This document shows, in pieces, positions 5,677-15,043 of a stretch of 64,000 bases of DNA. Below the pieces are notes generated by a model. That model did no database searches, had not been told where the DNA came from, and worked only from the letters and a program-made list of their open reading frames with translations. The position numbers and the translations under genes were made by a program. Where the stretch lies: IMG/VR virus record IMGVR_UViG_3300021400_000095, one strand, 5' to 3'. Every line of letters starts with the position of its first letter. Position 1 is the stretch's first letter. Source of the DNA: a virus (taxonomy: Duplodnaviria > Caudoviricetes).

Positions 5677-5753
5677 GTACCTGTGGCAGAGTGGTCAAAT
5701 GCAAAGGTCTGCAAAACCTTGATTCATTGGTTCAAATCCAATCAGGTACTCCA
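5677..5753 (+). tRNA. tRNA-Cys(GCA)
   Basis: GTACCTG/CAGGTAC-T-CCA, AAGGT-CTGCAAA-ACCTT. Confidence 0.95.
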
Positions 5754-5812
5754 AAAAAGCATATAACAATTTTTGAATTTTTGTAATTTAGAAGTTGTTA
5801 TTTTTTTTTTAT

Positions 5813-5897
5813 GGAGGGTTGGGTGAGTGGCTTAAACCAGCAGTTTGCTAAACTGCCGACCCACAAGGGTCCACTGGTTCAAATCCAGTACCCTCCG
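5813..5897 (+). tRNA. tRNA-Ser(GCT)
   Basis: GGAGGGT/ACCCTCC-G, GCAGT-TTGCTAA-ACTGC, long variable arm. Confidence 0.95.
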
Positions 5898-5937
5898 CAT
5901 TAACAAAAAGAATTGTATTTACCAAATTTTAATTAGC

Positions 5938-5968
5938 AGCACATCTTTAATAGGTGTGCTTTTTTTTT
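5938..5968 (+). terminator. intrinsic terminator closing the RNA island
   Basis: AGCACATC/GGTGTGCT hairpin + T run. Confidence 0.8.
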
Positions 5969-5980
5969 GTTTAGTATTAA

Positions 5981-5989
5981 ACTATTTAT
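5981..5989 (+). promoter_or_regulatory. ACTATTTAT phage promoter-like motif (also 10079-87 -, 18124-32 -, 27823-31 +, 35817-25 -, 39492-500 -)
   Basis: Same 9-mer about 20-40 nt upstream of six start codons in gene orientation. Confidence 0.65.
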
Positions 5990-6011
5990 ATAAAAATATA
6001 TTAATTTAGGT

Positions 6012-6872
6012 ATGACTTTATTTGAGGACATAGTACAGGAATTTGACAACAATAGTTTCATTTTGACAAGGGATTGGTTATATGAGAAATACAATGAAAT
6101 GAATCAGAGTTTGTTCAGTGGAAGTCTTGGTGAATGTGATTTGGACATATTCACCACAGGAAGGGGTGCAAATGGAAGGGTTTTAGGATGGTTTTCAATG
6201 AAAATGAGTGGTTTAAAGTACAACAAGACAACAAGGAGGTTATATCTTGTAGATTATTGGGGTGATAAGGAATATGTTACCAAGTCAAATTTTTATGAAA
6301 CCACAAGTCCATTAATTAGTTTAAATGGAAATTATACATGGAGTGAGAAGGCAGCATTATCAACATTAGTTCATGAGATGTGTCATTATTATACATTTAT
6401 GTATGGCATTGCACCAAAGCAAGCACATGGGCCTGAGTTCAGGGAAATTGCATATATAGTATCAAAGAGGTCAAATGGTATATTTACAGTACAGAGGTTA
6501 GCAAGTGCAGAGCAGATGGGTGAAATGCAGTTAGATGCTGCAATACAGGCAAAGAATGATGAAAGGAAAGAGAGGAAAATGAGTAAGACAATACCAATGT
6601 TCATTTACTATAATGATGGAAAAATTGGATTAACAATGGCAAATAGTCAGAAGGTTGTTGATTATATTGTACATTATGAGTACAAAAATACTTCAACAAA
6701 TGGTGCAATAAAGATTAACATATGTACTGATGAGAAACTAAAGGATTTTTTGGTAAATGATAAAGGATACAAGAAGACACAGACATCATATAGATATTGG
6801 GATATAACAGGAAAGTCATGGTTAAATGAGCTTGACAAATATCCAATGAAGACTATATTTTCCAGAGAATAA
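6012..6872 (+). CDS. SprT-like zinc metalloprotease
   Basis: TLVHEMCHYY..HGPEF motif; N-terminal YNEMNQSLFSG. Confidence 0.85.
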   Translation: MTLFEDIVQEFDNNSFILTRDWLYEKYNEMNQSLFSGSLGECDLDIFTTGRGANGRVLGWFSMKMSGLKYNKTTRRLYLVDYWGDKEYVTKSNFYETTSPLISLNGNYTWSEKAALSTLVHEMCHYYTFMYGIAPKQAHGPEFREIAYIVSKRSNGIFTVQRLASAEQMGEMQLDAAIQAKNDERKERKMSKTIPMFIYYNDGKIGLTMANSQKVVDYIVHYEYKNTSTNGAIKINICTDEKLKDFLVNDKGYKKTQTSYRYWDITGKSWLNELDKYPMKTIFSRE

Positions 6873-6892
6873 CATAATTAGTTAATAGTATT

Positions 6893-7042
6893 ATGGATTT
6901 TAGTAAATTAAATGAAGAGCAATTACATGAACTTGTCAGGGAAAGGGTTTTTGATAAGTTAAGTAAGGAGTATATGAAAAACAGTAATGACAATAAAGAA
7001 ATCCCTGTTGGGATTAATTTAGGGGTTATTGATTTAGAATAA
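6893..7042 (+). CDS. small hypothetical protein (49 aa, MDFSKLNEEQLHELVRE...)
   Basis: Translated by hand; fills the intergenic gap in the same orientation. Confidence 0.55.
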   Translation: MDFSKLNEEQLHELVRERVFDKLSKEYMKNSNDNKEIPVGINLGVIDLE

Positions 7043-7069
7043 TAAAAAAATAAAAAACAAGTTTAAGAA

Positions 7070-7411
7070 ATGTTAGTAACAGCATTATTATCACAATTAT
7101 TAATAGCAGTTCCAAGTATTATTTTAGGGACACAGACATTAACATCAGTATTCAATGGTTTTTTCAAAGTAGATAAGCCAGGTTTAAGGCAATTAGTATC
7201 TTGGATTTTTGCAATTTTAATTGCAATTGGATTTGTTGCAACAGGTAATTTAACATTTGGTTTACCAGTTGTTTGGGAATACATTGTTGGTATTGTTTCA
7301 GGTGTTTTAGCAGGTGGTGCTGCTAATGGTTTTTATGATTGGGCAGCAATTTCTGCAATTTTCAATTCATTTGAAAATGTAATTAGGGGAGAAAAGAGAG
7401 TAAAGGAATAA
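7070..7411 (+). CDS. holin-like membrane protein
   Basis: Three TM segments, GVLAGGAANGFYD motif, charged C-terminus. Confidence 0.6.
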   Translation: MLVTALLSQLLIAVPSIILGTQTLTSVFNGFFKVDKPGLRQLVSWIFAILIAIGFVATGNLTFGLPVVWEYIVGIVSGVLAGGAANGFYDWAAISAIFNSFENVIRGEKRVKE

Positions 7412-7509
7412 AATAAACAAGATTAATTTGTGCAAGGATTGGCAATATTGTCAATCCTTTTTTGTTTTCCTAATATGTTTTTGTATATTTGTAAAAAAAT
7501 ATTAGGAAT

Positions 7510-8664
7510 ATGAATAAAGGATATATTTGTACAAGTTCTTATGGTATTAAAGCACCAATTATTAAGGAAGGTGATGATTTAGTAAATATTATAGTGAAGT
7601 CTGTTCTTGATGCAACTTATGTTGACAGTACTTATAATATGGTTAAAAATGATAGTATTAAAGAGGGGTTTGAGACACAAGTGGTGAAAAATTATGACCT
7701 TGATGACAGGGACATTATTGGTATTACTGAGAGTGTTATTGCCAGGGCACAGGGAAATTATGTTACAGTTGATGAGGTAGCAGAGAACATAAAGGAACTT
7801 GTAGGTGATGTTAAGAAAATAATAGTAGTAAATCCAATTTATAGTAGGAATAGATTTAGTTTAATACTTAAGGCAATTGCAAGGGCTGCTAGTGAATCTA
7901 TTGCCATATACATGCCTGAATTTGATGAGGTTGGAAATCCATCAGGTGTTAATCCATTTACTGGTGTTGATATAAAGGCATATTACAAGGAACTTGTTGA
8001 AAAAGAAGGTAAAAATTGTTATTTTAGGGAAGGAAGCCATTATGACTATGACAATGAAAACAATGCCATTGAGATTTATTGTGGGCTTCATGATTATAAG
8101 GAATGGAAAGAAAAATATGGTGATGAAAGGCACATTACATTGGCAGATATTTGTTCAGACAAGTGTGAATATGGCCTTCTTGGTTCAAACAAGGCAACTG
8201 ATGAAAAGTTAAAGTTATTTCCAAACAAGGTAAAGGCTGAAAAGTTATTATATGAGGTACAAAAAAGAATATTAGAAAAGACAGGGAAATTAGTATATGT
8301 TGCATCATATGGTGATGGTTGTTTCAAGGATGCTGTTGGTGGTATTTGGGAGTTTGCTGACCCTGTAACAATGCCAGCATATACAAATCCTGAGGTATTT
8401 GAATCAAGGCCAAATGAAATTAAGATTAAGGCATTTGCTGATGACCAATATAGGGATTTAAGTGGAAATAAACTAATTAATGCAATAAAGGATAGTATTA
8501 AATCAAAGGATAATATGCTTATTGGCAAGATGGCAAGTCAAGGAACAACACCAAGAATTGTCAGGGATTTGGTTGCAAGTTTAATGGATTTAACATCAGG
8601 TAGTGGAGACAAGGGAACACCAATTGTATTAGTTAAGGGGTATTTTAATAATTATGCTAAGTAA
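7510..8664 (+). CDS. coenzyme F420-0:L-glutamate ligase (CofE)-like protein
   Basis: GIKAPIIKEGDDL, TESVIARAQG, SLMDLTSGSGDKGTPIVLVKGYF motifs; TATATTTG promoter at 7484-7491. Confidence 0.8.
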   Translation: MNKGYICTSSYGIKAPIIKEGDDLVNIIVKSVLDATYVDSTYNMVKNDSIKEGFETQVVKNYDLDDRDIIGITESVIARAQGNYVTVDEVAENIKELVGDVKKIIVVNPIYSRNRFSLILKAIARAASESIAIYMPEFDEVGNPSGVNPFTGVDIKAYYKELVEKEGKNCYFREGSHYDYDNENNAIEIYCGLHDYKEWKEKYGDERHITLADICSDKCEYGLLGSNKATDEKLKLFPNKVKAEKLLYEVQKRILEKTGKLVYVASYGDGCFKDAVGGIWEFADPVTMPAYTNPEVFESRPNEIKIKAFADDQYRDLSGNKLINAIKDSIKSKDNMLIGKMASQGTTPRIVRDLVASLMDLTSGSGDKGTPIVLVKGYFNNYAK

Positions 8665-8670
8665 GAAAAT

Positions 8671-9027
8671 ATGAAAACAATTAATATAGAAATTGAAAAT
8701 GCATACATGGGTGATGCATGTCAATTTAAATTTAATACATCTGAAGAATATTCAAGTAATATTTCTTTAAAAGAAGTTATTACAGACTATATAAACAGGA
8801 TACACATATTATGTAATTCAGAGGTAAAAAGTTTTGAATATTCTGAAGATTTAGGTGCATTGTATTTTGATGATGAAATTGAAATAAATTTTGTTAATAA
8901 TATTGATACCCTTCTTGATGATTGCCAAAAACTTTTTGATAAAGGTGGTAATATATTTTGCTTTAAAGCATGTTATGAAAATGTAATTTGTTGGTTTAGT
9001 TTTATAATAAAAGAAGAAGAGTCTTAA
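8671..9027 (+). CDS. hypothetical protein
   Basis: ORF in operon context. Confidence 0.7.
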   Translation: MKTINIEIENAYMGDACQFKFNTSEEYSSNISLKEVITDYINRIHILCNSEVKSFEYSEDLGALYFDDEIEINFVNNIDTLLDDCQKLFDKGGNIFCFKACYENVICWFSFIIKEEES

Positions 9028-10058
9028 ATAAGGCTCTTCTTTATTTGTTTAATGGATTCCAGAATCATATATTTAATATCTTGTTCTGTAATTTTAATTT
9101 TTCTTTCTGCAACTATTGGGTCTGACAATCTATCAGGTGTAAGAATTTTATTTTTCATAAGTCTTTTCCTAACTTCTAAGGTATCACTATTCATAACATA
9201 GAAATTATCATCAACTTGTATTTGATAATAATCAACACCTTTTATATCAACAATTGTTGGTTTATGTATAGTATAATCAAAGCCATTTATATTATCAACA
9301 ATTGTTTCTTTATCACCAAAAGTAGAATCATCAAACCAAGATTTTTTTACTTTAGTAAGTATAGGTTTTTGTGCTTTATCATTAAAATTTGATTTATTAA
9401 TTATATTTTCTTTTCCAAATTTTTCAAATCTTATATTAAGACCAAAAAGATTTTTAATGTCATTATAATCATAAGTTGGTTTACTATTAGAAACAACTTC
9501 ATCTATAAATGTTTCAAATTTAGCATTAGGATTATTTGGGTCATAAACAACATTATATACATTTAATGCCATTTTACTATCACTACTATCAAATCCTTTA
9601 TTGTTAACTTTTGGGTCAATAAGAACATTTAACACAAATTGGTTTGCTTTAGTTTTATTATCACCATTATTTGACCCAAACCAAACATTTGGCCTTAATG
9701 GATGGTCAGCAACTCTTAAATTAAATGCCACTTTTTTACCTTGATAGCCAGGCACATTCAAAAGATAAAAATAGTTAGAGGTGTACCAAGCATCAGCACA
9801 AATCCAATCAAAGTTATTTTTATAACTATTAATATCATTGTTTTTTTTATATCCTATTTTATGCTTAAATGCAAAATTTGCAGCATCACCTTTTCTTTTT
9901 AATAAGTATAAGAAGAAATTAATATCAGTATTAATTTTATCAATTTCTTCTTCATTCTTTATCCATTCTTTTGTTCCATCTGAATCATGATAAAAGCCTA
10001 TACCAAGGTCAGGTCTTGCATCAGAAAGAATAAAAACTTCATTTAAATTTTGTTTCAT
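9024..10058 (-). CDS. hypothetical protein, putative virion-internal protein
   Basis: C-terminal KIKITEQDIKYMILESIK motif; LRVADH; ACTATTTAT motif upstream. Confidence 0.7.
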   Translation of the reverse strand: MKQNLNEVFILSDARPDLGIGFYHDSDGTKEWIKNEEEIDKINTDINFFLYLLKRKGDAANFAFKHKIGYKKNNDINSYKNNFDWICADAWYTSNYFYLLNVPGYQGKKVAFNLRVADHPLRPNVWFGSNNGDNKTKANQFVLNVLIDPKVNNKGFDSSDSKMALNVYNVVYDPNNPNAKFETFIDEVVSNSKPTYDYNDIKNLFGLNIRFEKFGKENIINKSNFNDKAQKPILTKVKKSWFDDSTFGDKETIVDNINGFDYTIHKPTIVDIKGVDYYQIQVDDNFYVMNSDTLEVRKRLMKNKILTPDRLSDPIVAERKIKITEQDIKYMILESIKQIKKSLI

Positions 10059-10135
10059 ATTAATAACAACATTTTCATATAAATAGTTGTTAAATTAATA
10101 TAATTTTTGTATTTTTGTAAAAAAAGGATTTAATT

Positions 10136-10378
10136 ATGAGCACATTAGTTATTGTTTTGATTGTTGTTGCAGTATTGATTGCAGCATGTTTAATTAGTTA
10201 TCATTATGGTGAACATCATGAACTTCACAAGGTAAGGGCTGAATTCAGTGATGTTTTAAAGCACCTTGGTCCAAGTAGCAGATTCAGACAGGGCTTTGAA
10301 GCAGCAGAAAAAATTATTGATGTTATGGATGCTGATTTTAATGGTAATTATAGAGAAAAAGAGGATGTTGAAGATTAA
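10136..10378 (+). CDS. small N-terminally anchored membrane protein
   Basis: Hydrophobic N-terminus; TATTTTTG promoter at 10110-10117. Confidence 0.7.
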   Translation: MSTLVIVLIVVAVLIAACLISYHYGEHHELHKVRAEFSDVLKHLGPSSRFRQGFEAAEKIIDVMDADFNGNYREKEDVED

Positions 10379-10380
10379 TT

Positions 10381-10395
10381 TGGCACATTTCTTGT
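10381..10395 (+). promoter_or_regulatory. sigma54-like -24/-12 promoter (also 18226-40, 20047-61, 22559-73)
   Basis: TGGCAY-N5-TTG(T/A) with exact spacing in four positions upstream of genes. Confidence 0.6.
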
Positions 10396-10420
10396 AGTAT
10401 AATAATAAAAACACAAAAAT

Positions 10421-10651
10421 ATGGCTAAAAATACATTTACATTAGATTCATTTAAAGAAATGCTCAAAGAAGATAAAGACTTCAAAGAGCAGATTGTTAA
10501 GAAAAATGATTTTATTGACTTGGACAATGGTGTTATGAGGATTCATTCAGAAAATATAAACAAATATCTTGAAAAATATTCTTGTAAAGATGCTGAAGAC
10601 CTTGAAAACACATTGTGGTTTAACTATGGTATTTTTTGTCAAGTAATTTAA
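10421..10651 (+). CDS. hypothetical protein
   Basis: ORF in operon context. Confidence 0.7.
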   Translation: MAKNTFTLDSFKEMLKEDKDFKEQIVKKNDFIDLDNGVMRIHSENINKYLEKYSCKDAEDLENTLWFNYGIFCQVI

Positions 10652-10657
10652 GTACAT

Positions 10658-10876
10658 ATGTTTGGTAAAATTAAAAAGAAAGAATTATATAAGGTTAATG
10701 TTGATATAAGAACAAAAAGCAACCCATATGTTATTGCAAATAATACATATTTTGTTGTTGCAAAAGACATTTATGATGCAAGAGGAAAAGTAAGAAAGTT
10801 GCTTAAGGTTAACAAAGATATACAGCAAATTTCAATATGTAGTTCTTCATTAGTAAATGATGAAATTTATGAGTAA
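10658..10876 (+). CDS. hypothetical protein
   Basis: ORF in operon context. Confidence 0.65.
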   Translation: MFGKIKKKELYKVNVDIRTKSNPYVIANNTYFVVAKDIYDARGKVRKLLKVNKDIQQISICSSSLVNDEIYE

Positions 10877-11810
10877 CAAAGCAAAATATCTTAGATTTAC
10901 AAAAGATTACAGTTTACCTATTAATATTTTTAATGATGAACTGTTTTCTTATTATAGGGAATTGTATAAGGATTTCTGGCCAGTTCATGAAGAAAATTTA
11001 ATGAACAATGAAATTGAACAACTTGATGGAAATGTTGATGCTTGGTTGGCAACATATGCAACAATAAGGGATAATATTATAAACACCCTTGAAGCAAGTG
11101 ACAAGTATCAAGAATTCAACAATAAAGACATTTCCATGTATGATATTCCAAATATTGGCCTTGGTGAACATAGCCTTTATAGTGAAGAAACTGATGGAAA
11201 AATGTTTATTTCACTTGATTTGAAAAAAGCCAATTTTCAAGCCTTAAAATATGTTGGTGTTCTTCCTTATGCTTCATATGAGGAATTTATTAAGGCATAT
11301 GGTGGAACTGAATATTTTTCAAAATCAAAATATTTGAGACAGGTTATTTTTGGTAAACTTAATCCAAAAAGACAAATCAAAGTTGAAAAATTCCTTATTT
11401 ATCAACTTTATCTTGATTGTATTAGAGAATATGGTTTTACTTCACCTTATTCATTAAATAGTGATGAACTTGTCTTTAATGTTAATGAAAACAATGTACC
11501 ATCAGAAAAAAAACTTAAATATATTGAAGAAAAAGTTAAATTCTTATATGGTATTGATGTTAGAGTTGAGGTTGTGAAAATTAAAAGGCTTCCTATTGTT
11601 AATAGTAATGGTAATAAAGTGGATTGCTATATAAGGAAAAATATATATACAGGTGAAGAAAAATTGAAAAAGGCTTCTACTACATTTTTCCCACAAATTT
11701 GGAAACTTTATAAAGGTCTTGAAATTACAGAAAAAGATAGAATGTTTTTCTTTGAGGACCAAATTGCAACTTTTAATGAAAATTTAAAACTTGCTGAAAA
11801 AACTGATTAA
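10869..11810 (+). CDS. hypothetical protein with DNA-polymerase-palm-like motifs
   Basis: FISLDLKKANFQ, SKYLRQVIFG, LNSDELVF resemble polymerase motifs A/B/C. Confidence 0.5.
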   Translation: MSNKAKYLRFTKDYSLPINIFNDELFSYYRELYKDFWPVHEENLMNNEIEQLDGNVDAWLATYATIRDNIINTLEASDKYQEFNNKDISMYDIPNIGLGEHSLYSEETDGKMFISLDLKKANFQALKYVGVLPYASYEEFIKAYGGTEYFSKSKYLRQVIFGKLNPKRQIKVEKFLIYQLYLDCIREYGFTSPYSLNSDELVFNVNENNVPSEKKLKYIEEKVKFLYGIDVRVEVVKIKRLPIVNSNGNKVDCYIRKNIYTGEEKLKKASTTFFPQIWKLYKGLEITEKDRMFFFEDQIATFNENLKLAEKTD

Positions 11811-11826
11811 AAATAAATATTAGTAT

Positions 11827-12576
11827 ATGGATACTTTAAAAATATTAGCAACAAGTGACTTTCATGGACACTTGCCTGATATAACAACACCTTTTGATTT
11901 GTTGTTAATATGTGGGGATATTTGCCCTGCACATGACCACTATTATGCATATCAAATCAACTGGTTTCAACATACCTTTGCTAATTGGATAAATAAACTA
12001 CCATTTAAAAATGAGTGGAGCAAAGTTGTGATGGTTGCAGGAAATCATGATTTTTTTTTAGAGAGGTTAAGTTCTTTAAGTGAAGAAATCAGATGTTTTA
12101 ACATAACAACTAATAACAGGGTTGTTATTCTTAAAAATGAAGAATATGATTATGAATATTTGTCTGATGATGGTATTAAAACCTTAAAGATTTTTGGTAC
12201 ACCTTATTGTCATATTTTTGGTAATTGGGCTTTTATGATATCAGATGAAAGTCTTGAAAAGAAGTTTTCATTTATACCTGACAATTGTGATATATTTATT
12301 TCACATGATTCACCATCAACAAATGGTCTTGGGACTATAAATGAAGGTTGGAATGCAGGTACTGATGCTGGTAACATACCACTTACCAATATACTTAAAG
12401 AAAAGAAACCAAAATACTTTTTTAGTGGGCACATTCATACAGGTAATCATAATTTTGAAAAAATAGACAATACTTGGATGGCAAATGTATCTTATATTAA
12501 TGAAGGGTATAGAGTTGCTTTTCCTGTGCTTGAATTTGAAATAGATAAAGAAACAAAGATGTATGGAGAACATTGA
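11827..12576 (+). CDS. calcineurin-like metallophosphoesterase
   Basis: SDFHG, CGD, AGNHD, SHDSP, GHIH motifs. Confidence 0.9.
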   Translation: MDTLKILATSDFHGHLPDITTPFDLLLICGDICPAHDHYYAYQINWFQHTFANWINKLPFKNEWSKVVMVAGNHDFFLERLSSLSEEIRCFNITTNNRVVILKNEEYDYEYLSDDGIKTLKIFGTPYCHIFGNWAFMISDESLEKKFSFIPDNCDIFISHDSPSTNGLGTINEGWNAGTDAGNIPLTNILKEKKPKYFFSGHIHTGNHNFEKIDNTWMANVSYINEGYRVAFPVLEFEIDKETKMYGEH

Positions 12577-12895
12577 AAAAGATTATAATGATATTGCAAC
12601 AGCAATTGCATCATTATTGGTTAAAATACAATCAAGTATTATTGAAGAGAACAGTAAGTCAGAAAATGGTGAAAAAGTTGATGTTGAATATTTGAAGAAA
12701 TTAAAAGCATCTGCTATGCATTGTTCACATGCAATAGGTGAATTAATTGAATCAAAAGCAATTTTGATTGATGATTTATCTGCTGCTGATAATTTAATTA
12801 TTGAACAATATGAAAATGAAATGGATATGGCATTGGATAATTTTGGTAAAACAATTTTGTTCAGTGATATTTTAAAAGATTTTAATGATGAATAA
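12563..12895 (+). CDS. hypothetical protein
   Basis: ORF in operon context. Confidence 0.7.
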   Translation: MENIEKDYNDIATAIASLLVKIQSSIIEENSKSENGEKVDVEYLKKLKASAMHCSHAIGELIESKAILIDDLSAADNLIIEQYENEMDMALDNFGKTILFSDILKDFNDE

Positions 12896-12907
12896 TTTTA
12901 TTGTATT

Positions 12908-13360
12908 ATGGAGAAATTAGAAAAAACAATTGTTAATGACCTGATGGTTGCAATGAAGGAAAAGAATGAAGTCAAACTTTCAGCACTTAGGTCTGTTAAA
13001 ACTGCTATTCAGAATGAAAAAACAAATGGCTCATTCCATGAACTAACTGATGGTGATGTTGCCAAAATTATTCAGAAACAAATCAAACAAAGACTTGAAT
13101 CTGAACAGATTTACAGGGATGCAAATAGGGATGAACTTGCAGACAAGGAAATGAAAGAAAGAGTTGCACTTGAAGAATATATTCCAAAACAGTTAAATGA
13201 TGAAGAATTACTTTCTGCAATTAACACCATTATTCATGACCTTAATGCTACATCTATGAAAGATATGGGTAAGGTTATGGGTGAACTTAATAAAAGATAT
13301 GCTGGTAGAATAGATGGCAAGAAAGCAAGTACAATTATAAAAGAAAAACTTAATGAATAA
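12908..13360 (+). CDS. yqeY: GatB/YqeY domain protein
   Basis: AMKEKN..LSALR, KQRLES..Y..ANRDELADKE, YIPKQL, SMKDMGKVMG, GRIDGK. Confidence 0.92.
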   Translation: MEKLEKTIVNDLMVAMKEKNEVKLSALRSVKTAIQNEKTNGSFHELTDGDVAKIIQKQIKQRLESEQIYRDANRDELADKEMKERVALEEYIPKQLNDEELLSAINTIIHDLNATSMKDMGKVMGELNKRYAGRIDGKKASTIIKEKLNE

Positions 13361-13361
13361 A

Positions 13362-13391
13362 AAAAGGTCACTGATTTTTCAGTGACCTTTT
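13362..13391. terminator. bidirectional intrinsic terminator
   Basis: AAAAGGTCACTGA/TCAGTGACCTTTT between convergent genes. Confidence 0.85.
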
Positions 13392-13396
13392 ATGTT

Positions 13397-14101
13397 TTAT
13401 TTAGCAGGAAAGGCAAATTTATAACAATCAGCACCTTTTCCATTTATATCATTTTTTGGATAGAATGATGGTGATTTACCTTCAAGTGGTATACAGCAAT
13501 CACCAGCATTTAAGCCATTTGCCAATTCACATGGACCACCTTGCATGAAATTTCTTTCAAATGCTTTTACATCAGCAATATCTTCATCAGAAAGTCCTTC
13601 ATAGTCACCATTTACAAGTGCAGGTAATGCCCATTCAGGAACAATTACATCATAGTAATTATTATTAAAAGAAGTAAGTTGTTCAGGTGTTACATTATCA
13701 AAATCCTCATCATCATATGATTCAAGCAAAACTTTTTGAACACTTTCTCTAATAATAGCACTCAAACTCTTATTAATTGATTCATCAAAATAACCTCTAC
13801 TTGGTGCAAAATCATATGAGGATTCTTCTTGTTCTCTATTCATTTTTTCTGCATATGCCCATGCTTGTTCTTCACTATTAGTGGTTTTAACAATATCCAT
13901 ATCATTTAAATTAAGTGACATGTCTTCAATATAGTTTCCATTCTTATCAAACATATCAGATGAAAACACATTATAAGCACCACCATCATCAACAACATAA
14001 TATTTCATGGTATCAATAAATGATTCAGATACAAGTCTTTTAACACATTCATTAACAACACTTTTTAAATCTGTTGTATTAATTGTTATTATTTTACTCA
14101 T
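13397..14101 (-). CDS. putative internal head protein
   Basis: Two copies of the helical motif (DLKSVVNECVKRLVSE; LSAIIRESVQKVLLE); acidic. Confidence 0.65.
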   Translation of the reverse strand: MSKIITINTTDLKSVVNECVKRLVSESFIDTMKYYVVDDGGAYNVFSSDMFDKNGNYIEDMSLNLNDMDIVKTTNSEEQAWAYAEKMNREQEESSYDFAPSRGYFDESINKSLSAIIRESVQKVLLESYDDEDFDNVTPEQLTSFNNNYYDVIVPEWALPALVNGDYEGLSDEDIADVKAFERNFMQGGPCELANGLNAGDCCIPLEGKSPSFYPKNDINGKGADCYKFAFPAK

Positions 14102-14103
14102 AA

Positions 14104-14814
14104 TTAATTACTATTTAAAAGTACATTTATTTGGTTAGAATAAACTTGCATGCTTTTAATAACTTCCCTTGCACTAGGGACATCTTCTTTTTCTTTAAAT
14201 ATAACACCAAGACATGCAGTTGGAAGGCCATTTTTGCCATGCATTACATACATACCCATATATGCAACTTCTTCATTTTTTAATCTATAGTACATTTCAG
14301 GGTCACTTTCCATGCAATCATCAATAGGACCATACCAATATCCATGTTCAATAACATAAGAGGCCCAAGGATATCTTGAAAGTCTGAAATTCTTATATTC
14401 TGATTCAATAATATCATATTTATTTCTAGGGTCCATATATGTTAAGTCTGCATATAAGAAAGGAAGATTATTCAAATTTGAACCACCATTATGTGCTTCC
14501 AAAATATATGCTCTATCAGCATTAATACTTGACCTAAAATCAGAAAGTAAACTTCTAATTTGTGGGTCTGCTTGCAGTCTTTGTTTTATTCCTTCTTCAT
14601 GTTTTTCAATTGAATATTCTTGGAATTTTTCAAATACAGTTCCAGGATTAAGGATAAAATATCCAACACAGGCCGCAATAAACAAAGTTAAAAGACTTGT
14701 AAAAGTACCTTTAAGTCCTTCCTTATTAATGAATCTTTTGATTCTTTCCATCAAGCCAACAACATTATTAATCTCAGTTGTTGTGGTTTTCATAGTTTTC
14801 TTATCCTCTGCCAT
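14104..14814 (-). CDS. single-TM protein with GAF-like extracytoplasmic domain (possible T4-T-type holin)
   Basis: One TM segment followed by ADRAYILEAHNGG...LGVIF. Confidence 0.5.
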   Translation of the reverse strand: MAEDKKTMKTTTTEINNVVGLMERIKRFINKEGLKGTFTSLLTLFIAACVGYFILNPGTVFEKFQEYSIEKHEEGIKQRLQADPQIRSLLSDFRSSINADRAYILEAHNGGSNLNNLPFLYADLTYMDPRNKYDIIESEYKNFRLSRYPWASYVIEHGYWYGPIDDCMESDPEMYYRLKNEEVAYMGMYVMHGKNGLPTACLGVIFKEKEDVPSAREVIKSMQVYSNQINVLLNSN

Positions 14815-15040
14815 GTTTTTTCATTATTAAGCATTGAATGCCAATTATAATTAAAAGAACTGCAACTGTGCCAATAACACCAAGTGCAGTGTTAATTTGG
14901 AATAAGAAACTTGCAGCATAGAACATACCACCAGCAATTGCAACTGCTAATATAGTGATTAAAATTGCTTCTAAATATTTTTTCCAACCAAGTTCTTTCC
15001 AAAAATCTACAATAAATTTAAAAACATTAAACATAATCAT
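14801..15040 (-). CDS. small two-TM membrane protein
   Basis: Two hydrophobic segments, basic C-terminus. Confidence 0.7.
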   Translation of the reverse strand: MIMFNVFKFIVDFWKELGWKKYLEAILITILAVAIAGGMFYAASFLFQINTALGVIGTVAVLLIIIGIQCLIMKKHGRG

Positions 15041-15043
15041 TAA

